NCBI GenBank assembly: GCA_020348985.1 | Contig: CP070761.1 | Coordinates: 1,866,246-1,930,245 of the forward strand | Length of the DNA stretch: 64,000 nt | Reading direction: 5' to 3' | Origin: Candidatus Thorarchaeota archaeon | GTDB lineage: Archaea; Asgardarchaeota; Thorarchaeia; Thorarchaeales; Thorarchaeaceae | In this document: positions 57,546-64,000 of the stretch, piece by piece | How positions within the stretch are numbered: the first letter of the stretch is position 1 | How the letters are laid out: every line of letters begins with the position of its first letter | The notes under the pieces: model-generated | The model's database searches: none | What the model saw: only the letters and a program-made list of their open reading frames with translations | Told to the model about the DNA's origin: nothing | Translations under genes and position numbers: made by a program

Positions 57546-59114
57546 ATCAGTTCCCCACCCTCCGCCTCCGGGAGTCTCGATTCTTATCACTGCTCCTCGT
57601 GGAACCTGACGAGTAAACTTGGCCGGAAGCTTTGATTCTATTCCTTCCACCACAAGGGTGTTCTGTCCGGGAGCACCTTCAAGGCCTCCCTGCAACCCCC
57701 AGGGTCCGCGGCTTCTCCGTTCAGATTGAATTGACACTGTGCAATCCTCGGCGAGGATTTCGATTTCGCGGACAACACCTTGTCCTCCATTCCACTTCCC
57801 TCTACCGCCGCTTCCCTCTCGTATACCGTATCTTACAACCCTCATCGGATACTCCGATTCCAATGATTCAATCGGTGTGTTCAGCGTATTTGTCATGTGA
57901 GAGTGTATTGAGCTCGTTCCCTCCATTCCCCTGAAAGCGCCAGTCCCGCCACCGATTGTTTCATAGAAGGAGAAGAGAGAGTCTCTTTCTGGATCTCGAC
58001 CACCTACTGTGAGATTATTCATTGTTCCCTGACTCGCCGCCACGGTGTCGTCTGGCATCACTTGTGCTAGTGCACCAAGAATCACATCCACAATCCTTTG
58101 GGATGTCTCAACATTGCCGGCAGATACAGCTGCAGGGAATCTCGGATTCAACATTGACCCTTCAGGAACATCAACTTCGATGCAGGTCCAGCAGCCTTCG
58201 TTAATTGGTATCCCTGAACCAAACTGAGACAGAAAGACAAAGTAGACAGACGAAAGCGTTGACGCCATTGGACAATTCACATTCCCTGCAACTTGATCAG
58301 CGGTTCCTTCAAAGCTGACCTGTACACCACTATTCTTGAATACGAGTTGGGTCTTGATTGGAATGTCCTCTGTACCTGCTCCGTCGCTATCCATATAATC
58401 AGTGAATTCGGCAGACCTTCCTTCATGTTGTTTTAAGACTCGTTTCATTCTCTCCATAGAATAGGCGCGGAGGTCAACCATTGTCCTCAGAATGTTGGAT
58501 AGTCCAAGCTTAGAAGCCGCTTCGTGAACTCTCCTGATACCCACGTTGTTTGCTGCGATTTGTGCTGACAGATCACCTAATCTCTCATCTGGTGTCCTGG
58601 TCTTCGTCAGGAGGTCCTCTACTGTCTCCGGAATCAACGTTCCTGTCTTCACAATGATACGTGGAGATATCAGAACTCCTTCCTCAAAGATAGTTGTCGA
58701 CATTCCGGGCATAGAGCCAGGGCTCACACCTCCAACGTCCGCGTGATGTGCCCGGTTGGCAACAAACGCTACTCTCTCATCCTTGATGCAGACTGGAGCA
58801 ACAAGCGTAAGATCTGGAAGATGAGACCCTCCTGTGAAAGGATCGTTATGCAAGGCCATCGACCCTTCCTCAAGATCCTTTCCTAGATTGGAGATGCACG
58901 ACTTGACTGAAAGCGGCATCGCCCCCAAATGTACGGGAATATCCTCAGACTGTGCAACTAGTTGTCCTGTGGCATCGAAGACGGCGCAGCTATGGTCTCT
59001 CCTCTCTTTGATGTTCGGACTGAAGGCGCTTCTCATGAGAGAGTGACTCATCTCTCTCGAGATTGAAATGAGCATGTTCTTGATGACCTCGAATGCTATC
59101 GGATCCTCAATCAC
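57534..59114 (-). CDS. Hydantoinase B / 5-oxoprolinase subunit
   Basis: SPNIKERRDHSC, IPVHLG, NDPFTGGSHLPD, HHADVGG, YETIGGG, TPGGGGWG. Confidence 0.93.
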   Translation of the reverse strand: MIEDPIAFEVIKNMLISISREMSHSLMRSAFSPNIKERRDHSCAVFDATGQLVAQSEDIPVHLGAMPLSVKSCISNLGKDLEEGSMALHNDPFTGGSHLPDLTLVAPVCIKDERVAFVANRAHHADVGGVSPGSMPGMSTTIFEEGVLISPRIIVKTGTLIPETVEDLLTKTRTPDERLGDLSAQIAANNVGIRRVHEAASKLGLSNILRTMVDLRAYSMERMKRVLKQHEGRSAEFTDYMDSDGAGTEDIPIKTQLVFKNSGVQVSFEGTADQVAGNVNCPMASTLSSVYFVFLSQFGSGIPINEGCWTCIEVDVPEGSMLNPRFPAAVSAGNVETSQRIVDVILGALAQVMPDDTVAASQGTMNNLTVGGRDPERDSLFSFYETIGGGTGAFRGMEGTSSIHSHMTNTLNTPIESLESEYPMRVVRYGIREGSGGRGKWNGGQGVVREIEILAEDCTVSIQSERRSRGPWGLQGGLEGAPGQNTLVVEGIESKLPAKFTRQVPRGAVIRIETPGGGGWGTDSEA

Positions 59115-61140
59115 TGTCCTTCCTCCTCACTAGGATTGAACCATCACTCCGCTGAATGGCGCTCCAGTTGGGGGCGATATAGGTCGTTGTGTCCATCTGC
59201 TCAATTATAGCGGGACCAATCACATGTTGGTCTACAAGTAGTTTCTCTCTTCTTAGGACATTGGCAACAACAGATCTTCCACCTTCAACCAAGACTTCAC
59301 GTTCAGTCCTGTGTTGCTCATCCTTATTGTAAGCTGGTTCTGTGTTGGTTACTTTGCTTTGGGATGCCGACGCAGTGACCCTTGCTGTCACCCATTCAAC
59401 AGCTCTGCCAGTTAGCACATAGCCATAAGCTTGCATGTGCGCATGTTCGAAAGACTCTACACTAATATCTGCGATGCGCTTGGATTTCACTGGCAGTTGC
59501 ACTTCAAGTTCGTGAGACTGCCCAGCATATCGCATGTCGATCTTCCATTCGAATACGATGTTGTCCCTCTCAACACCTTGAGCCTCAAGCTGCTTTGTTG
59601 CATCTAGACTTAGCTCAGCCATTGTTTCTTGTATGACTTCTTCGTATTCTTGTTTGTGTGGGAGTAGCACAGATCGCATAACATCAACACGAAGATCTGC
59701 ACAGATTAGGCCGTACGCTGATGTTATCCCAGGATAGGGAGGAATCAGGATCTCATTGATTCCTAAAGCCTCAGCGATATCAGCCGCCTGGGTTGGCCCT
59801 GCACCGCCAAATGGGACGAGATGGAATTGTCTGGGATCCCGCCCTCTTTCAACCGTGACTTCTCTTATGGCCTGCACCATGTTCCAAGTTGATATTCTGA
59901 CGATCCCCAATGCTGCTTCTTCTGTGCTCGTGTCCAGAGTCTCTGCCAGTCGTGACATCGCCCGGGTAGCTTTCCCTACATCCAGCTTAACTCGACCCCC
60001 TAGGAAGTACTCAGGATTGAGTCTTCCAATTAGCAGATTTGCATCAGTTACTGTCGCATCATCTCCTCCCTTGTTGTAGGAAGCGGGGCCAGGATCCGCT
60101 CCTGCACTCTGTGGTCCAACATGAAGTATGCCCACCTCGTCTAACCACGCAATGCTTCCTCCTCCAGCGCCGATTGTCTTTACGTCGACGGACGGGGTCC
60201 TTATTGGAAGACCTCCAACATCATTATCCGATCTTACAACAATTCTGCCGCTGATGGCACTGATATCACAGCTCGTTCCGCCCATGTCGAGCGTAATGGC
60301 ATTCTGGATGCCAGCTCTGTTCGCTACTTCCCACCCTCCCACAGCGCCACCAGCAAGTCCAGATATTGCTAGCCCTACTGCTCTTCCATGAGCTTGCGAA
60401 CACAGAAGCGTGCCTCCATTGGACTGCATAACGGTCAGGTTGGCATTTGGGCAGGTCTCTCTCAAGGACGCGTCGAGTCTTCCGAGGTATCCATTCACTA
60501 AGGGGCCTAAATACGCCTCCAGAACCGTCGTTGATGTTCTCTCATACTCCCTGAACTCTGGAAGGACATTCGACGACGCGACAGCGTAACATCCTATCTT
60601 GTCTTCAACTGCTCTCAGGATTCTCTGCTCATGTTCAGGGTTCTGAAAAGAGAATAGAAATGAAATTGCCACTGAGTCTGGATTGATCTCTCTCAGTCTA
60701 CGTACGCCTCTCTCTATCTCCTCCTCTTCCAAAGGCTGCAGCGTTTCACCAGTCGCACTCATCCTTTCTTTGATTCCGATTCTCTTGTCTCTATCAACAA
60801 GAGGTGAGGGTCTCGTTGGTCTTAGGCTGTATATGTTGTCCCGATTCTGCCGCCCAATCTCAAGCACATCTTCCAGGCCGCTAGTGGTCAACAGACATAC
60901 TTTTGCACCCTTTCGTTCAAGCATTGCATTTGTGGCGACTGTTGTTCCGTGGACAATGAGGCCAACATCGGAGGCAGTCACATTGATCGTGCTCAGAAGT
61001 TCCGATATCCCCTTAGTCACTGCAATATCCTGAGATTCTGGTGTTGATGGGACCTTGTGCACATACTGCTCTCCAGTCTCAGAGTCAATCATGATTATGT
61101 CTGTGAATGTGCCACCCACGTCAACGCCTATGACCTTCAT
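59107..61140 (-). CDS. Hydantoinase A / 5-oxoprolinase ATPase subunit
   Basis: DVGGTFTD, HGTTVATN, REYERTST, DMGGTSCD, IGAGGGS, SAGADPGP, FGGAG. Confidence 0.94.
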   Translation of the reverse strand: MKVIGVDVGGTFTDIIMIDSETGEQYVHKVPSTPESQDIAVTKGISELLSTINVTASDVGLIVHGTTVATNAMLERKGAKVCLLTTSGLEDVLEIGRQNRDNIYSLRPTRPSPLVDRDKRIGIKERMSATGETLQPLEEEEIERGVRRLREINPDSVAISFLFSFQNPEHEQRILRAVEDKIGCYAVASSNVLPEFREYERTSTTVLEAYLGPLVNGYLGRLDASLRETCPNANLTVMQSNGGTLLCSQAHGRAVGLAISGLAGGAVGGWEVANRAGIQNAITLDMGGTSCDISAISGRIVVRSDNDVGGLPIRTPSVDVKTIGAGGGSIAWLDEVGILHVGPQSAGADPGPASYNKGGDDATVTDANLLIGRLNPEYFLGGRVKLDVGKATRAMSRLAETLDTSTEEAALGIVRISTWNMVQAIREVTVERGRDPRQFHLVPFGGAGPTQAADIAEALGINEILIPPYPGITSAYGLICADLRVDVMRSVLLPHKQEYEEVIQETMAELSLDATKQLEAQGVERDNIVFEWKIDMRYAGQSHELEVQLPVKSKRIADISVESFEHAHMQAYGYVLTGRAVEWVTARVTASASQSKVTNTEPAYNKDEQHRTEREVLVEGGRSVVANVLRREKLLVDQHVIGPAIIEQMDTTTYIAPNWSAIQRSDGSILVRRKDSD

Positions 61141-61264
61141 CTTAGGTCCGTCTCCGCAATCTCAGCCGAGTTAAGAAGGCTTGGGATGTTTTCTCATGCC
61201 GTGAAGGCTGTTTCGGAACCGTTAATTGCGAAGCCCCATGGTCGATAATGACCGAGGTCTCAAT

Positions 61265-62461
61265 ATGTCACGTGAATACTCCGCAGTCCTCGTTCGTTTC
61301 GGGGAAATCGGCATTAAGTCCGACCAGACTCGTAAACGAATGATTCGGCTACTGATCCAGCATATTCAGGCCGCTCTCACTGAGAGTGGAGTGAACTTCA
61401 GCAAGGTCAGGTCGGAGTATGGACGAATCTTCATTGAGACAAATGATGCAAGCGCGGCAGCACAGGAAGCCTCTCGTGTTTTTGGTGTCGTGTCGACATC
61501 TCCTGTTGTGACCACTTCTGCGTCTCTCGATTCGATCATTGACGAAGGAACCTCACTTGCCAAACTGAAGTTTGAGAAGAAGAAGTCGTTTGCCGTAGGC
61601 TCAAGAAGAGTAGGCACACATGATTTCTCTAGCCAGGAAATCCGCGAGAAACTCGGGGCTCATATCCTCAAGAATCTGAAAGAACTGGATCTTGAGGTCG
61701 ACTTGAGTTCACCAGATCAGTCCATCTATGTTGAAGTAAGAGACGAAAATGCGTACATCTTCACCGAGACAGTCAAGGGTGTGGGAGGCATGCCCACGGG
61801 ATCTCAAGGCAAAGTTGTGTGCATGATTTCGAGTGGTCTCGATTCACCTGTGGCAGCATATAAAGTCATGAAGCGTGGATGCATCCCTGTGTTTGTACAT
61901 TTTGACAACTCGCCATACTCTGATGAGACCAACGTAGAGCTGGCGACAAAGCAGGCGCAGCATCTTGCTCAGTTCATCTACAATCATGAGGTCAAGCTAT
62001 ACATTGTTCCACACGGGGACGACCTGACCGACGTCCTAACCCACGCGCCTAGGAAGATGACATGCGTCTTTTGCAGACGCAACATGTACAGACTCGCTCG
62101 TGAGATTGCTCTGATTGAGGATGCAGATGCGATTGTGACGGGTGAAATCATCGGAGAGCAGGCCTCGCAAACAACCCGAAATCTGCTCGCGGAATCCAGT
62201 GCTGTCTGTGACTTTCCGATTCTGAGACCTTGCATTGGCGATGACAAGGTGGAAGTCGAGCATCTGGGAATGGAGATTGGAACTTACAAATTCGCACACG
62301 AGGCTGTGTCCTGTTGCTCTTTACCTCCAAAGCATCCCACTGTACATTCACAGCTTGAGGCAATCCCCGAGGCCGAATCGAAGATGGATTTCGATGTTCT
62401 GAAGGAAGAGATTGCAGAGGCCGAGGTTATCATCCTGAGGGGAGGCAAACGAGATACCTAG
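61265..62461 (+). CDS. thiI: tRNA 4-thiouridine synthase ThiI (THUMP + PP-loop, no rhodanese domain)
   Basis: RFGEIGIKS, GVGGMP.GSQG, SSGLDSPVA, CVFC, GEIIGEQASQT. Confidence 0.93.
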   Translation: MSREYSAVLVRFGEIGIKSDQTRKRMIRLLIQHIQAALTESGVNFSKVRSEYGRIFIETNDASAAAQEASRVFGVVSTSPVVTTSASLDSIIDEGTSLAKLKFEKKKSFAVGSRRVGTHDFSSQEIREKLGAHILKNLKELDLEVDLSSPDQSIYVEVRDENAYIFTETVKGVGGMPTGSQGKVVCMISSGLDSPVAAYKVMKRGCIPVFVHFDNSPYSDETNVELATKQAQHLAQFIYNHEVKLYIVPHGDDLTDVLTHAPRKMTCVFCRRNMYRLAREIALIEDADAIVTGEIIGEQASQTTRNLLAESSAVCDFPILRPCIGDDKVEVEHLGMEIGTYKFAHEAVSCCSLPPKHPTVHSQLEAIPEAESKMDFDVLKEEIAEAEVIILRGGKRDT

Positions 62462-62738
62462 ATCATTCTTCCTAAAGCTATGTAACGACGGATCTGCCTA
62501 CGAAGTCAAGTCGACAAAGAAGATCACACTGGACCTGCCTTCATTGGGAGAGAAAGCTGCCAAAGTCTTGGACATGAGCATTCGAGTCTGTCTGCCTGCA
62601 TTGCTTCTTCTTGAGAGTGATGATGGTCGAGTCGTGAACATCTATCCAAGTGGCCGCATACTGCTGCAGAAGTTTCCAGATGTAGGGTCTGCAGAAAAGA
62701 CCGCGGAGATTCTTGCAAAGTCGCTTCTTCACAGTTAG
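62454..62738 (+). CDS. Small hypothetical alpha/beta protein, probable ATA start
   Basis: Frame open from 62439. GGAGG at 62441 precedes ATA 62454. Contains VNIYPSGRILL. The ORF track starts at TTG 62544. Confidence 0.5.
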   Translation: MPRSFFLKLCNDGSAYEVKSTKKITLDLPSLGEKAAKVLDMSIRVCLPALLLLESDDGRVVNIYPSGRILLQKFPDVGSAEKTAEILAKSLLHS

Positions 62739-62814
62739 AGTCTTTCGACTTAGGGGCCCCTGTTCTTGCGCACATTTCGCGCCTTTGGACGTCAGAATGC
62801 GCAAAAGCATGGCA

Positions 62815-62836
62815 GAAGTATAAGTCTTTAAATAGC
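62815..62836 (+). promoter_or_regulatory. Putative BRE/TATA promoter of the histone gene
   Basis: AGAAGTATAAGTCTTTAAATAG about 60 nt upstream of GTG 62896, with GGAGG SD at 62882. Confidence 0.5.
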
Positions 62837-62895
62837 GAGAGAATCGAAATGACGCCTGATAGGGCTGTTTTAACCCTGTACGGAGGCCTAGAATC

Positions 62896-63132
62896 GTGCC
62901 ACGAGCGAGAAAAGATAGAATCATTCCCGTAGCGCCTATTGACAGACTGATTCGGAAATCCGGGGCGAATAGAGTCAGCGATAGAGGGGCGGAGAAATTG
63001 GCTCAGATACTTGAGGAGGTTGGCGAGTATCTCGCGAAGAGGGCACACGAGATTACTGAACACACTGGTAGGAAGACTATAACCGACAAGGACATCGAGC
63101 TGGCCTACAAACAATGGAACAAATCCTTCTAG
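62896..63132 (+). CDS. Archaeal (HMfB-type nucleosomal) histone
   Basis: IPVAPIDRLIRKSGANRVS...HTGRKTITDKDIELA. Confidence 0.95.
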   Translation: MPRARKDRIIPVAPIDRLIRKSGANRVSDRGAEKLAQILEEVGEYLAKRAHEITEHTGRKTITDKDIELAYKQWNKSF

Positions 63133-63201
63133 AGCAAATCGGACGAGTTCCAAGGGGCGATGTGCGCTGCCTCTTGCCAGATCATATTGTGGTGAAGCGA
63201 C

Positions 63202-63888
63202 GTGACCAAGCCAAGGCAGATTGAGGACTATGTCGCTCTGCTCTCTTTGCATGATGTCAGTCCGGTATATGAGGATGATGTGCTTGAGACATATGATCGG
63301 CTTGGTGATCTAGGAATCTCCAGCTTCACTCTACTTGTCACTCCGTTATTCGGTCAGAAGAGGTCAAACAACATAGCCGGCCATGATTTGCTTTGCGAGT
63401 ACCTCCAGTCATTGAACCTCGAGCTCTCACTTCATGGTTACACACATGTTTCCAAGTCGAGCAAATTCGGCGAGTTCGAGAGGATTCCACAAGAGAAGGC
63501 CGTCCAGAAGCTTCGTTCATCGATTGCTCTCTTCAGGAAAGGGATGGGAAAGATGCCGTTTGGATTTGTACCCCCTCTTTGGCGTGCTCCAAGACGAGTT
63601 GCAGAGGCTGTCGAGGGATTGAACCTAAGGTACTGCGTCATCGGGAACCGACTATATTCATTGAAGACACAGGACGTCTTCGAGTCAGTTATTCTTGTCG
63701 TCAATCAAGAAGGCTCTCGGTCAAGTCAGGAAGGAGCGACTGTTGAAATCGAGCTTGGGGGCTCTATCCAAATTGCGCTTCATCCAAAAGACCACGAATC
63801 TGACGAGATTTACCGAACAATCGCTGACATGAAGGATCGTCTTGGTTACCGATTTCTTGGCTACAACGATTACCTGCTTTCACAATAG
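63202..63888 (+). CDS. DUF2334 / polysaccharide-deacetylase-like protein
   Basis: SLHDVSP, LHGYTH, FVPPLW, ALHP. Confidence 0.8.
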   Translation: MTKPRQIEDYVALLSLHDVSPVYEDDVLETYDRLGDLGISSFTLLVTPLFGQKRSNNIAGHDLLCEYLQSLNLELSLHGYTHVSKSSKFGEFERIPQEKAVQKLRSSIALFRKGMGKMPFGFVPPLWRAPRRVAEAVEGLNLRYCVIGNRLYSLKTQDVFESVILVVNQEGSRSSQEGATVEIELGGSIQIALHPKDHESDEIYRTIADMKDRLGYRFLGYNDYLLSQ

Positions 63889-64000
63889 CAGAATCAATTT
63901 CGAAAGATGGAATCAGATACAAACGAATCAATGATTTAAGTCGATAGCAACTTCCCCTCGTCGTTTCACCATACAGACCGCACCACAGTAGAAGATAGTG

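Noticed and set aside
62524-63252. 242-aa minus-strand ORF and similar antisense ORFs (e.g. 8632..9342, 29397..30047, 44179..44679)
   Set aside because: Shadows of well-supported genes on the opposite strand, with no motifs of their own.

Overview
Gene-dense archaeal chromosomal segment, most likely an Asgard archaeon (Thorarchaeia-like). This is inferred from an HMfB-type histone, eS25, archaeal GltX/ThiI/AOR, and eukaryotic-signature proteins (longin-small GTPase fusion, uDENN/longin-like protein, Vps22/EAP30 domain). About 55 CDS were found; no rRNA, tRNA, CRISPR array or mobile element was recognised. Main points: (1) a tandem pair of DapA-family class I aldolases, each fused to a formaldehyde-activating enzyme (Fae) domain, suggesting an aldolase-to-H4MPT formaldehyde-channelling system; (2) a trafficking-like cluster at 44.8-50.4 kb with a longin-Arf-like GTPase coupled to a uDENN/NPRL-like protein, a zinc-finger protein and a large coiled-coil/PEGA-like/Vps22 (ESCRT-II) fusion; (3) a chlI/chlD-like gene split by an A9 slippery run, with an open -1 frame that would give an AAA-TM-vWA fusion; (4) eS25 fused to a histone-H1-like 15-aa repeat tail; (5) two effector-less STAND/NLR-like ATPase-TPR paralogues; (6) two different histone types; (7) several apparent non-canonical start codons; (8) a coupled pair of very large unknown proteins. 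All family calls come from reading motifs by eye; no database searches were run.
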